A stretch of DNA of 63,997 nucleotides, the filler included, from Reclinomonas americana ATCC 50394 (Eukaryota): NCBI GenBank assembly GCA_048213135.1. It is 12 parts of 12 records of this genome, joined end to end, with 100 filler letters (N's around TTAATTAATTAA, not from the genome) between each part and the next. Parts side by side here need not be neighbours in the genome. Positions count along the whole stretch, not along the records: positions 19,644 to 24,647 come from AFZH01018103.1; positions 24,748 to 29,463 come from AFZH01018106.1; positions 29,564 to 34,025 come from AFZH01018107.1; positions 34,126 to 36,522 come from AFZH01018108.1; positions 36,623 to 38,906 come from AFZH01018109.1; positions 39,007 to 41,229 come from AFZH01018110.1; 6 more parts are not named here. One strand, given 5' to 3'. A program made the position numbers and the translations under genes. Below, in pieces: positions 24,601 through 39,215 of this stretch. Numbering within the stretch: position 1 is the first letter of the stretch; each line of letters starts with the position of its first letter. The notes beneath the pieces were generated by a model. The model had not been told where the DNA came from. It ran no database searches and worked only from the letters and a program-made list of their open reading frames with translations.

Positions 24601-24995
24601 AAAAAAACACACCGTTGACAGCAAACACACACACACACACACACACCNNNNNNNNNNNNNNNNNNNNNNNNNNNNNNNNNNNNNNNNNNNNTTAATTAAT
24701 TAANNNNNNNNNNNNNNNNNNNNNNNNNNNNNNNNNNNNNNNNNNNNCACTCTCAATTACCCGACCAACCAATCACTCACTTCTCCCCACTTGCAGGTCG
24801 GTACTCGACACGTGAAGCGGGTTTTTCTTTATTATTATTTTTGTGAAACAGAGAGAGGGGCGCTTGGGAGGGACGGACGGGGGTGGGGGAGGAGCATGGC
24901 AAGAGAAACATCGTGTCATACGAGTGTACAACGCAACGCGCATCTTGTTTGTTACATCGTCCCCCCGTCTGTCCTCTATCGATTGTTGCAATTAA

Positions 24996-26175
24996 ATGGC
25001 TGAGAACGACGACGACCACGCTGAATACAAGCAGCGTCTGGCACCTCTGAAGCGCACTGGCTGGGTGCCTGTGTGTGAGGATGGACCCGCGGGTGTGTTC
25101 ACCAGTCTCTCTCTCTCTCACACACGCTGTCTCTCACTAAATCGATCGCCAGCCAATCGCTTCCAGTCGATGTTTGGTGGCCGTCAGCCTCTCATGCTGC
25201 CCAACGATCAGTGGCCAGTGTGCACGCGATGCAACGAACCACTGACGTTCTTCTTCCAAGTTTCGAACATGTGTGTGTGTGAGAGAGAGTCAGTGAGTGC
25301 TCATTGTGTGTGTTTGTGCACAGATCAACATGCGAGAGCTGCCGGATGAGGCGCAAGTGCAGCACGGTCGCGGCATGCTGCAGCTGTTCTTCTGTGCAGA
25401 GTGCGGTGTCTACGATGGTTCCAATGGCGACGGCTATCTCATTCGCATGGTTGGTGTCGGAGAAATTCCATCCGCGCCCTTGTTCCCTCTGCGTTTCTCA
25501 GCGTATTCCGTGCTCGTTGAGCAGCTGAATCTCGACGAGTTGTTGAATGGGAATGACGAGCCGGTGGGGCAAGTCGCACCGGCGGCCCCGTTGCCGCTGG
25601 TGCTGGCCGCACGCCATGTTCGCGAGTGGGAGGCGCGTGATACGCTGCCGTGTGCGACGGAGCTGAATGAGCGGCCCGAGTTGCTGCCGGAGGGAGTCGA
25701 GCTGGACGATGTTTCGTGTGCTTGTCGCTGGTCATTGGCGAAGGGTTTCTCGGTTATTCATTGGTGGTGCGCAGGAAATGGAGGATGCCATGATGCAGTT
25801 CGGCAGTCCTGGCGATAACGTGGGAGGGTGGCCGGAGTGGGTGCAGGGCGTTGAGTACCCCGAGTGTCCCGAGTGCGAGGCACGCATGACCAAGATCGCG
25901 TTCAATGCCGACTCGGAAAAGGCACTGTCGGACTGGATGTGGGGCGATGTGGGGTCTGTGGCAAGACATTCAGCGCGTGTGGAGAGTCTGCAAGCCATCA
26001 CTCACCACGACCACCCCCCGCAGAACTGCCCAGCTGTGCCAGTGCCCGACGCACGCCAACCAGTACAAGCTCGCGGTGCGTATATTAGTAACGACCGTCG
26101 CGGGAGAGTTCTTGACACTCACACTTCCGTTGCTTTGTTGGTGTTGGTTGCGAATGACAGTGGGCTTGCCACTAG
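24996..26175 (+). CDS. DUF1963/YwqG-like protein, copy 1 (7 exons)
   Basis: SMFGGRQP..WPVCTRCNEPLTFFFQIN, GRGMLQLFFC, PGDNVGGWPEWVQGVEYPECPEC, WMWGDVG, C-terminal WACH*. Confidence 0.8.
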
Positions 26176-26405
26176 TGCTCCGAAGTGCAGCACTGATTTT
26201 CCACCACCGCTGCGTTGTCTACCATGATCATGAGCCACATTGTAGTCTGGCAGCTTTTATATTTATATTTGTGTGTTTTGGCTTTTTATCTTCATCGCGG
26301 CAGAGAACACGTGGTGTCAGCATGCAGGCACTGGAGTTCCACCCACCTTGTTTGTCTGTCCTCTGTCGTGCAACGAAATTTGAGTTCGCTGCGTTGCTTC
26401 TGTAA

Positions 26406-27609
26406 ATGGCCGAGAAAGCCGGGCGTGGTACGTTGGCAGAACGTCTGGCGCCCCTGATGCGCACCTGTTACGTTCCCGTGTGTGTGGATGGTCCACCGGG
26501 TGCGTTCCCAGTTAGCGCTTCTCTTTCTTTCTCGTCCCCCCCTTTCTCTGGTAACTGACTGCAACCACTTCGCCACGCCGCGCCAGCCAATCGCTTCCGG
26601 TCGGCGTTTGGTGGCTGCCGCCCGCTCATGCTGCCCGGCGAGCAGTGGCCAGTGTGCACACAGTGCAACATGTCACTGACATTCTTCTTCCAAGTTGTGT
26701 TCATGTCTCGCGGCTCTACCCGAGGTCGAAAAAGTACTCAAATCTTGCAGATCAACATGCGTGAGCTGCCGGAGGAAGCTCAGGCTGAATATGGTCGCGG
26801 AATGCTGCAATTCTTCTACTGCACGAGTGATGATTATGGGCCACATTACTGCGCCAAGGCCCGTGATGATCGCGAATGCTGTGTCATTCGGATGGTGAGT
26901 TTCTCTGTTTCGACTTTACACAATTTTGAAGCTGTCTCTCACGTCTCTCGCCTCACAGCTGGATCTGGACGACCTGCTGAGCGCCAACGACGAGTCAGAG
27001 CAAGTCCTGCCAGTGGCTCCGTTACCGCGATCGTTTGGCGCACGACGGGTCAGGCGGTGGGAGGAACACATCTCGCTCGCGATGGATTCGGAGGTGAAGC
27101 TGCGGCCCGAGTTGCTGCCTGCTGGAACCCGGATGGACAAAGTTTCGTGCGCGCAGACTGCGTGTCGAGCTTGTGTACCGGGTAACTGAAATCGTGTCTG
27201 TGCGAGCACAGCAGATGAAAAGAGCCACGTTGGCGTTCCAAACTCCCGGCGACAATGTGGGAGGGTGGCCGGAGTGGGTTCAGGGCGTTGAGTACCCCGA
27301 GTGTCCCGAGTGCGGTGCACTCATGACCACAGTCGTGTTCAATTCCGAGTCGGTGAAGGCTCTGCCGGACTGGATGTGGGGCGATGTGGGGTGCGTGTGT
27401 GTGAGAGAGACAGGAAGCCTACCGTGCACTCGTCACGGTGGCTCACGAGCTCTGGTTCTCGCAGAACTGCCCAACTCTGCCGATGCCCGACGCACGTCAA
27501 CCAGTACAAACTCGCGGTGAGCACGCAAAAGAGAGACAGCGCGGTAGTCGTGGAAGTGTTCCCGTACTCACTTGCGTCGGGGTGCCAACGGCAGTGGTCG
27601 TGCCACTAG
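26406..27609 (+). CDS. DUF1963/YwqG-like protein, copy 2 (tandem paralog)
   Basis: Same motifs and the same six intron positions as copy 1; ends WSCH*. Confidence 0.8.
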
Positions 27610-27796
27610 TGCCAGGGCGACGACATCAGCGATCCGCACGAACGCAGTGGTAGTGCCGATCCCGTCATCCGTTGTCTGCAATGAAGCGCACTGTTGGCGG
27701 CTATGCACTGCTGTAGTGGCTGTTTCCATCATTCCAACACTTACCACGTCACCTTGTCGTGGTCTCTCGAATATCATCACCCCCGTTGCAGCGCGG

Positions 27797-29210
27797 TCAT
27801 CCAGCATCGACCTCCGCAGTCTCGTCATCATCACCGACCAATTCGGCGCCACGCAACCGCCACAGCATGTGCTGACGGACCAGTGGCGACAAGTCAGGGT
27901 TTTCCAGCGCATCGCGCTGCTCAAGCACCCAGAGTGCCCGCGCCGTCGCTCCGAACGCTCGATGCTGCGAAAGCAGGCCAGCAGGCAGGCGCCGAGTGTG
28001 TCGATCAAACTGCAAGAGATCCTTCTGCACACGCCATCAGCAGGTGAAGATCAACAGCATCATCAGAAGCGAGTCCGCACCGAGAAGCCGCGCAGGTGAA
28101 TCAGACCGACGTTGGCACTCTCCACGCACAACGCCACCCGCACATCTCCGCCACCACAAGCCGTTGTTTCGGCACACCGATGCCAGTGCTCCACCGGGAT
28201 GGAGTTGAGGAGGCCGGCGCTGAGGACGTACCCCGCACCACCATACGGCGACGAGCTGGGCGGGTAGTGCCACTCGTCGACAGCCTCGGCGTTCTCCCGG
28301 TCCAGCACAAACTCCTGCCCGTTGTGCACCGCCGGACAGTGGGCTGGTCGTGCGGCCAGAGCGTCGGGCGACAGCACGCACGGAGCTCGCCCGTGACAGC
28401 AGCCGGCGTGGCCGAGCGGGACCACCGTGCTGTTGCTGCTTCCGCCAGCCGACGGCGTGCACGCCTGCGATCCCGGCGGCGACGTCACGTGCCCAATAAA
28501 GTAGCTGGCGCACAGCAGTAAGTGACAGCCGTCGAAACGCACACGTTCTGTGGCGACACGCCCTCACCGCTGCGTGTGATCGAGTGCATCGAGCTCCGCA
28601 CGCAGTCGCGACAGGAACACCGTCGTGTCATCGTCGACGACAACCATCCAGCGAAAGCGACCAGCCAGCGTGCGATTGAGGTGCTCCACTCCCAGCAACA
28701 CACGTCCGTCAGAGGGATTGTTGCCGAGCCTGCCGCCCAGTCAGCAGCTGTGTGGGCGATCGATTCTTGCATCGCACACTCACCAAGTCTTGCCACGCTG
28801 CTTTGCATCGAGGTCGCGCAGTCCAACGCACTGCCTCTCCGCATCGTCCACATCACCCCAGCAGGCCCAGCGATCGCGCAGAGCACCGCCCAACCACGTC
28901 TCTTGCATGCGTCGCACTCGTTTCTCGTACATTCCCCGATGCGAGATCACTCCGATGGCGAAAAAGTTGTGGTGCGGCTCTTCGCCTGTGTCTGCAGCAC
29001 TACTGCGCTCTCCCTCTCCTTCTTCTTCATCGATGCTGTCGATCTGAGAACCACGCGTGTATGTGAGGGAGACAGTGTGTGTGTGATGAAGGACACGTGT
29101 GTGTTTTCCGCTACCTGTGTGACTGGAGGAAAGAGCAGCATGCCGCACAGGGTGAGGAGTGCCAGCGCGAACACTCCCACCGCAACACCGCGTCTCCGCA
29201 ACCATTGCAT
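27797..29210 (-). CDS. Fringe/GT31-like glycosyltransferase (type II membrane protein)
   Basis: N-terminal signal anchor, RVRRMQETW, WMVVVDDDTTVF, YGGAGYVLS, GDVRVALCV. Confidence 0.75.
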
Positions 29211-29288
29211 GTACGAAAAACAAGCATAGCAGGAATTTTTATATTGTCACCTCTCCACGTCGACGTTGTCATCCCATCCTCCCCTCCG

Positions 29289-29463
29289 TCAGTGCGAGGA
29301 GCCGTCGAGTGACGGGTACTTGTCGACGTACTTGGCCAAGTGCTCCTCCAGCCGCGCTTTTTGCCGTTGCAGGGTCACCGGCAGCGGTCCGGGGCCGTAC
29401 ACGTCGGTGAACATTTCGGAGAACGGTGGCTTGGCCTCGCGTTCCGCACTGTCGCGCCCACCA
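29289..29463 (-). CDS. BCKDHA: Branched-chain 2-oxoacid dehydrogenase E1 alpha, C-terminal fragment
   Basis: AEREAKPPFSEMFTDVY...LQRQKARLEEHLAKYVDKYP matches the E1-alpha C-terminus. Confidence 0.75.
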
Positions 29464-29605
29464 NNNNNNNNNNNNNNNNNNNNNNNNNNNNNNNNNNNNN
29501 NNNNNNNTTAATTAATTAANNNNNNNNNNNNNNNNNNNNNNNNNNNNNNNNNNNNNNNNNNNNAGGTGCGCGTTCCCCCGTCCCCCCCCCCCCCTCCTCC
29601 TCCAC

Positions 29606-30363
29606 ATGCAAGTGTTGTTGTCCCCTCACACGGGTTGCGATGCAGGCGTTGAAGAATTCGCAATTCGACACGGCCGAGTGGTTCTGGACGCAAAAGGTAG
29701 CGCGCTGGTGAATGCCGTGGTGTGTGGCGTGTTGCTGACATGGTCCCCCCGTCTCGGTCAGGAATCGCTGCACTCGCTGTCCGACCTGCATCTGCCGCCC
29801 ATGGAAAAGTACGGCGAAGGCACGTGGGAGCGATGGGTGCTGCAGGAGATCGTCACCAAGGCTTGCCAGCGCATGTTCTTTATGATGAAGGTGAACGAGA
29901 GGAATGGAAGGGTGTGTGGTGGCTTTGTGTTTCGGTGTTGCCTCACCTCCGTGTGCAGGATGGAATGAAGTCGCTGCCGCGCGATGCCGTGGTCCGACGC
30001 GAAATCCTGCTGCACGCCGAACGCGAGCTGCCGCTCTGCTTGCATCACGCGCGACGACTGGACATTCTGGAGAGTGCTCCGATCGATGACGCACGCAAGC
30101 TCGGCGTCGTGCACCTGGAGCTGGCCGCCCATCCCGACACTCCCGAACCAGACCGCATGTGGCACAGGTTTGCATCGACGCGTGAGTGCGTTCCCGCAGC
30201 GTTCTCACATCATTTTCTCGATGGCCACAGACGACGTGTGGTCGAGTTCTTCTCGTGGTACCTCGAAGCCGACGAGTCCAGCCGCGTTCACGATCGCAAG
30301 GATGTGGAGCGCGCATTAGAAATCATTCGCCAGGCCATCATGACAGAGGCCGATGGCGTCTGA
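29606..30363 (+). CDS. Hypothetical helical protein, 3' part
   Basis: Spliced ORF ending AIMTEADGV*; no family recognised. Confidence 0.45.
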
Positions 30364-30602
30364 ACCGGTGAGTAAAAGAAAATGGAGCTTGTTATCGAGG
30401 ATCCATCGAAGGTGACCGGTCAAGGGTCAATGGGAACTAGTGGGCCCTCCTTGGCGTACGATGCAAGGCGAACCAGATGCGTAGAAGGGGTTGGAGGTCA
30501 AGGCTTTCCTGCTGCTGCCCTCAAGATTGGTGTTGATGTTTTGGATATGGTTGGACTTGGTCATCAAAACAGTTGTTGCTTGCTTGTTTGTGAATGTGTT
30601 AA

Positions 30603-32549
<1,947 letters not shown>

Positions 32550-32899
32550 TCTTGTTTGTGTTTGTGTCTGTGTGTTTGTGCGCGGGTGTGCTTGTTATTT
32601 TCATTGTATTCAGCTCGCCTTGCTAGTCTTCCCGTGTGTGTGTGGGTGTGTGGGTGTGTAATGAGGTGCAAACGTTGGTAAAAGAATTTGGTCACGTATT
32701 AGGATAAAACTTGTACGCAGTAGAAGCCTTCTCTTGAATGATCATCGAAAGCACGGTGAGTTGCGGGAAGCCAGGGAAAAGATTGCTTTCGCATTGTTTG
32801 TCCCTCGCATGCAGGACACATTCATTCGTTGCAGATCGTGCTGTACGCGCTCGCAACACCCACTCGCTCCCTTCATCCTTCACACACACACACACCAGA

Positions 32900-33485
32900 A
32901 TGGAGCTCGACGTGGACGCCATCATGTTTCGTCGTTGTTGTTTATCTGTCTCTGTGTGTGTGTGTGCCTGGAGGCACGCTCTCTTGTCTCGCACGCTGGT
33001 TTATTGACACACACGCGCACGCGCACACCTATTCAACCATTCACAGTGAGAAGTTGCTGGAAGTGCGCGGCAGCAGGCCGGGCAAGCAGGTCAGTCGCAT
33101 GCAAGAGCGGGGGGGAGAGGGAGAGAGAAAGAGAGTATTATATTTACTCATTTGTGTGTGTGTGAAAAAGAACGTGTCTCTTTCTGTTGCCCTTGCCCTG
33201 TGCTTGTCGTGCATGTGTGTGTGTGTGTGACTACGCGCGCGTATGTATGCTTGAATCGCCAACAGGGAATGAGACACTTACATCCACTCATACACACAGG
33301 TCAACCTCTCTGAGATTGAGATCCGCGGTCTGGTGGTCAAGAGCCGCGAGATCTTTGTGCGTTCCTCGCAGTCACACACATACACATACACAGAGAGAGT
33401 GAAGAGTGTGTGTGCTCACTCTGCTGTGTTTCACAGATGTCACAGCCGGTGCTGTTGGAGCTGGAGGCACCAATCAAGATTTGCG
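32900..33485 (+). CDS. PPP1C: Ser/Thr protein phosphatase PP1 catalytic subunit, first four exons (truncated by gap)
   Basis: Spliced [59 protein letters not shown]. Confidence 0.93.
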
Positions 33486-34125
33486 GTGTGTGTGTGAGAG
33501 AGAGAAGGAGGAAGAATGAGTGTGAGAGAGAGGAGGGGGGGAGGGAGAGGGAGGGAGAGAGTGGACGACAAAGGGGTGTTGAGAGTGATAGAGAGTCCAT
33601 TTGTGAGCGTCGTGGTTTGACTTGCGTGTGTGCGTTGTGAGGAAGCGGGAAGAGGCCAGTGCACACAGTGCGTGTGTGTGTGTGTGGATGCGCTTGTTGA
33701 AAGGAGGGGGAGGGGGCGAGAAAGTTGAGTGGAGATGTCGCTCACTCAAGCTGTGTTTGTTGTGCGTGCGCGCGTGTGTGTGTGTGTGCGAGAGAGTGTG
33801 TGCATGTGTGTTTGAGTTTGTGCGTGTGTTGAGATGGGAAGGGGGGAAGCGGGAGGGGAGTCGAGTGCCCACGCTGAGATGTCGCACGCGCGGGCGGGGT
33901 TGGAAGAGACAGCATGATGTTGCCCGTTGCATGTGTGAATATGAACATCTGATGATCTCTTGCTGTCTCCTGCTCTCGTGCACCCTCTGTCTCTCTCTGT
34001 GTGTGTGTCTGCGTGTGTGTCTCTGNNNNNNNNNNNNNNNNNNNNNNNNNNNNNNNNNNNNNNNNNNNNTTAATTAATTAANNNNNNNNNNNNNNNNNNN
34101 NNNNNNNNNNNNNNNNNNNNNNNNN

Positions 34126-35572
34126 CTCGTGACAGGAAACGCATCAGCGGCGGCTACGCAGCGACGCAAGGAGTGAGAGAGAGAGAGAGAGAATGTCTGT
34201 GCGTGTGTGACGGTCGTTGATCGCAACACACCATCGAGGACGCTGGGGAGACCGAGGCAGCCGACGCCACCGTCTGTGCCTGTGGCGAGCAGACGTCCTG
34301 GTAGATCGAGTAGAAGCTAATGTCGCCAATCTCCCGCACCGCCTGGTCGAGTGCGCTGTTGCAGTTGGCGGCCAGCGGGCCAATCGAACCCAGCTGGCAG
34401 GTGGCGACAATGTCGGCATGCGTCTTCCACGAAATGAGACTGTGGCTGAGCCAAAAGTCCACCACGGCGCGATTGTCGATCGACGGGTCCAGCCACGGAT
34501 TGCCTGGGCGAGTCACCACAGTCGGCGCCTCTCAAGTACGCATGCTGCACGTGTGTGTGAATCAAACACTCACCGAGCAAGAGACCGACCAGGTTGATTG
34601 GGTTTGTGGCGTGCGCGTCGTTGTAGCGACGGATCTGCACCGCCAGGTTTGGCACAAAGTGACCAGCAAAACCTGCACATGATGGATCCACTTTAGTCAC
34701 ATCACTCTCCTCGCAAAAGGAGAGCACAGCCGCAACACAACTCTCGCCCGCCAGATACATCGGGTTCTTCGCAAACTGCGGGAACTGCTGCAAGAAGCCC
34801 TTTACAAACACCAGCTCGTCGGCCGCCACCCGCGCGTCCTCCTGCGGAAGAAGAAAGCCGAGCACCCGCGCGTGTCAGAGAATGCCAAGAAGAGGCGACA
34901 GGAAAATAACAAAGCAGACCGTGTGATAATCCGCGGTTTGCGACGACGTGCTGAAGCCCACACCCGCAGGGCTCTCCACAAACACAATGTTGGCGATCTG
35001 GCATGCATGGACACACAAGTCAGCTCACACATGTCTGTGCATGCAGGCAGGCACCGCCGACGCAACCTGGTTCCACGCATTGCTGTTCCACTGCAAATCG
35101 CGTCCATTGCTGTGCGGCCAGAAGGGTCCGAGTTCTGTGAACGCTCGTGCGCGGATGGGAACGAACTTGTCATGAGCCCCACCATGCACGCACGCACAAA
35201 GACAAAGGCGACACACAAGGCGACAACATATCAATGAGCGAGGAGCAGCCGGGTCCACCATTGTGCCAAATGATCAGTCTGCATTGCAAAATCAATCGTC
35301 GCTGTCTGTCGTCGACACACTCGCATTCTCTTGCGGCAAGCACGCAACGGGTCGGTCTCGGGGTTGCGCTTGCTCTCCATGAACAAGAAGAAGAGCTGCT
35401 TTTGTGTGCTCTCATTGATGGTGATGTAGCCACCGTGAATGGGTGCATTGTAGCTGGCGGGCTGGCCCGGAAGCCGCACGTTGCGCACAATGTGGTCGGC
35501 ACTTGCGCTGTGACTGATCACTGCAATCACCACCAGCAGCAGTAGCAGCAGTAGTGGTAGCCGTACTGTCAT
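34126..35572 (-). CDS. Serine carboxypeptidase (S10 family), 5' part
   Basis: Signal peptide, [68 protein letters not shown]. Confidence 0.9.
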
Positions 35573-35652
35573 TGCTGCTAAGTGATAACAATGCTGTGTG
35601 GGACGGGAGGGCGGCGTAAACAAAACCAAACACACTACGGCTTTACTTTTCC

Positions 35653-36522
35653 TTACGTCTTGCCCATGTTAAGGGTGTTGTACACAAAGGCGCGAAGTCC
35701 GCGCCGCGGCAGTGAAATGGGATCGCCGACCACCGGCGGCCACAAGTATCGTTCCGAGTCGCGTTCCTCCGACACCTCCGTCATGCGCTTCTGTAGCGCT
35801 GCGGCGGCCGAGTACACGCACCACGCCACCTCCAGCAGAAACTCTGTACGTGGTGTGTGCGTGTGTGACCATGCAACAATGTGAGTAGAGGAAAAGAAAC
35901 ACAACGGCCGCACACCAACTCACCACGCCGGGCGGCTTTTGGAGATATTCCGTCTCTTCGCAGCGTTTTCAGCGGCGCCATCAGCAGCGACACGCAGTCG
36001 TCCACACGTTCTCGAGCCAGCGACATGGCCGAGCGACCACGTCGTGAGAACTCGGCCGAGTTCGTGTACAGGGACTGCGCCACAGCATTCGAGGTGCTCG
36101 CTGCCACGTTGGCACCCTCGGCGAGCTCTCCAGGCAGCGCGTCGGGGGAGCGCATGGCGGCGCTCTGGCTAACCTGCGACGACAGACCGGCGCCACTGCC
36201 ACTCGCCCCACCACCACTCGGCGACGTGACCGACCGACCGACTTCGTTGGCATCCGGCATCACCGTCCGGCCCAGCGTCAGCACCTGGTACACAGCGGCG
36301 AGCGCCGGCGTGACACGGGTACCGAGCTCCTCGAACTCGGAACCTGATCCGTCAGTGGACACGGCACCAGCCGCGTATTGCACATGCGCCGGCTGTCAAA
36401 TTGTCAGCCTTTTTGCATGCCATCTATCCCGCAACTCACCCGCAACGTCAAACGCACCTGGTGGAACAGCTGGCGCAGCTCGGGTTCGTCCGAGGGCAAG
36501 AAGCGCATCACGCAGAAGAACG
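35653..36522 (-). CDS. Hypothetical protein, 3' part
   Basis: Spliced ORFs 35781-36383 and 35653-35845; no family recognised. Confidence 0.4.
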
Positions 36523-36622
36523 NNNNNNNNNNNNNNNNNNNNNNNNNNNNNNNNNNNNNNNNNNNNTTAATTAATTAANNNNNNNNNNNNNNNNNNNNNN
36601 NNNNNNNNNNNNNNNNNNNNNN

Positions 36623-38652
36623 AGCCTCGGATTGCCCGGAGCCTCCGACACCTTGCGGTCCTTGACTGCCGGCTGGCGCCCGCGGTGTTTGCAGGGCGAG
36701 AAGTGTTGGATCGTTGACTTGATGCGCCTCGCCGTACGTACGCAACACCATCTTGTAGATGGACTCGCAGAGCACTGCAGCACGCAGCACGCCAAAATAT
36801 CAGCGCACGCAAGAGACAGAGAGACCGAGGCACACGCGAAGTGACGCACAAAAGTGTCCCTTGTGGAAGTGGACATCGGCCAGCTTGCACAAGTACACCG
36901 GGTGCTCGGCGTGATTGGTGCCGTGTAGTGTCCGCGAAATCTCCACGCACAGCTCAAACAACTGCACGGCGCGTTTGAACTGGCCACGAGAGTGTGCCAA
37001 GTGCGCCAGCGAGTCGGCACACGCCAATACTTCTTCGTTCATATCGCCGTGCTGCGTGTGTGTATGTGCGCGCGAGTGCGTGCACGAATCAGCAACGGGC
37101 ACATTCATCTACAGCGACGCGCGGGCGTGCCCACACAAACCTCCTTCCGTAGTGACTGTAGTGTGGTCTCCAGCGCCGTCTGCACCTCCTGACCTTTACC
37201 CCGCTGGCGCTTGATGATGGCCAGCTCACGCAGCACCAGACCCAACTTGGGATCGGTTTCTCGGCGAACTTTCTGCGCAGGTGCAACAAACTCGGTTCAG
37301 CGACCGCGCCGCACCACACGAATCGTTACCGCGAATGCACGCAACAGAGTACAACTCGTGGGTTCGTTCAAACAGCAACTCGGCCTTTTTGAAGTTGGCC
37401 AGCTTCTGGTAACAGTGTGCCAGCGTGTGCAGAGCGGAGGCACGGGCTTCGATGTTGTCGTCGGATTTCTCCACCAACGACAGCTCAAGCGAGGCCTACA
37501 ATGCACGGGGATTGCACGAGCACGCACGTTAGTACGCATGTACACGCACAAGGCAGCATCGAGATTCATCTCGTACACCAACAGCGACGTAACGATTTCG
37601 AGCACCTCCGTCGCCTCCACGTAGCCTCCGCGGCGATAAAACACCTCTCCCAGTAATCTCAGCACGTTGCCCGACTCCAACCTGTACTGTCGAGGCCACT
37701 GGCCGAGAATCTCACGCGCCCGCTGCAGTAAATCTTGCGCACTACCGAGACGGTCCTACTCACCGACAAAAAACGCGTCAGGCAAAGACCAAGGGGAAAA
37801 ACAAAACAACTGGGGCGCGATGACAAGACCTGTTCAACCGACACGGAGCCGAGATTCAGCAAACAGCGCGCCACACTAATGTCGTTCGGTCCGCGGAATG
37901 TCTCCAGAATCGGCAGCTCTCGATCCAAGTACTCTTCCGCATTTCGCCAGTCTTGCTGCTTGATGGCAGCCAGGCCCAGCTTGTCGAGAACCTCCACCAA
38001 CTCAGCCGCATCATCGCCAAATAATTGCTCTGCCAAACGTCCACCACTCCATGAGGCGAAGGAGAAAGAGAACGAGAGCGCTGTCGACACGACGACACTG
38101 CCAAACCTCGAATTCGCAGCGCTCGCTTCCAACTCTGCGACGCATGCGGCAAATCACGCAGCGACGAGTAGATGTTACCGAGTCTCCACAACACTTGCTC
38201 GACCATGCGATCGCGCGTGCCAAAGGCAGCCTCGCGGATGGCCAGTGCACGCAACAAATACTTTTGCGCCGACACCATGTCATGCACCGCCTCCTTGACC
38301 TGTTTCGACATCATATCCGGACGTGTGAGAAGCACATTCTTGGGGGAACGCAGAAGCACACGCGCGCACACACACACACGTACGCACCTCAGCCAATGAA
38401 ACAAGCACCGTGGCCACATCGGGGTCATCGGGCCCCAGCACCGACTCGAATATCTCCAGCGACGATCGGAATCTGCGCTCCGCATCAAAGTACTTTTTCT
38501 GCTTCAGCAGCATGTGCGCCAGGTTGTTGACGGCGACGCCCGTCTCCGCGTTCATGTAGCCAAACACTCTTTCTCGTTGCCTGAAACACCGCTTGAAGTA
38601 AACCTGCGAATACACGAGCATAAACAAACAACAAGGACAGGAGGGTACATAA

Positions 38653-38688
<36 letters not shown>

Positions 38689-38906
38689 CAGCCTCGCGCC
38701 AGTTCTCCAGTTGCATGTACACGCTGCCGAGTGCAAACAGACACGAGGCTGTCTCCTGATGCCCCGTGCGACTCTGCGCGTGTACATCTTCTAGTGAGGC
38801 CAGCGCACGCTGATAGGTGGCGGCAGCGGCCTCCAGCTGGCCGCCGGTGAAGTACACCAGAGCGAGATTGTTGAGGGTCAGCGCCACATCGGCGTGATGT
38901 GCGCCA
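36623..38906 (-). CDS. TPR-repeat protein (kinesin light chain/NPHP3-type TPRs), partial
   Basis: VALTLNNLALVY, VAVNNLAHML, LGPDDPDVATVLVSLA, GPNDISVARCLLNLG, LHGTNHAE. Confidence 0.85.
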
Positions 38907-39215
38907 NNNNNNNNNNNNNNNNNNNNNNNNNNNNNNNNNNNNNNNNNNNNTTAATTAATTAANNNNNNNNNNNNNNNNNNNNNNNNNNNNNNNNNNNNNN
39001 NNNNNNAGGAGCAGGACTTGCAACGCAGCAGACGCCCACCCCAAAAGCAAGGACGAGCGTGCTGAGAGCCAAGCTTTGCAGGCCGACTAACGTCGCCTGT
39101 TTTAGAGAGCAAGCGTACTATTGAGCTGCGTGCTGACACTGCACTTCGGCAGTTAAGTACACTAAAGTCATGTCCCTCCGTCCCCGAATACGACGATTGA
39201 TCTTGAGCGCGCTGC

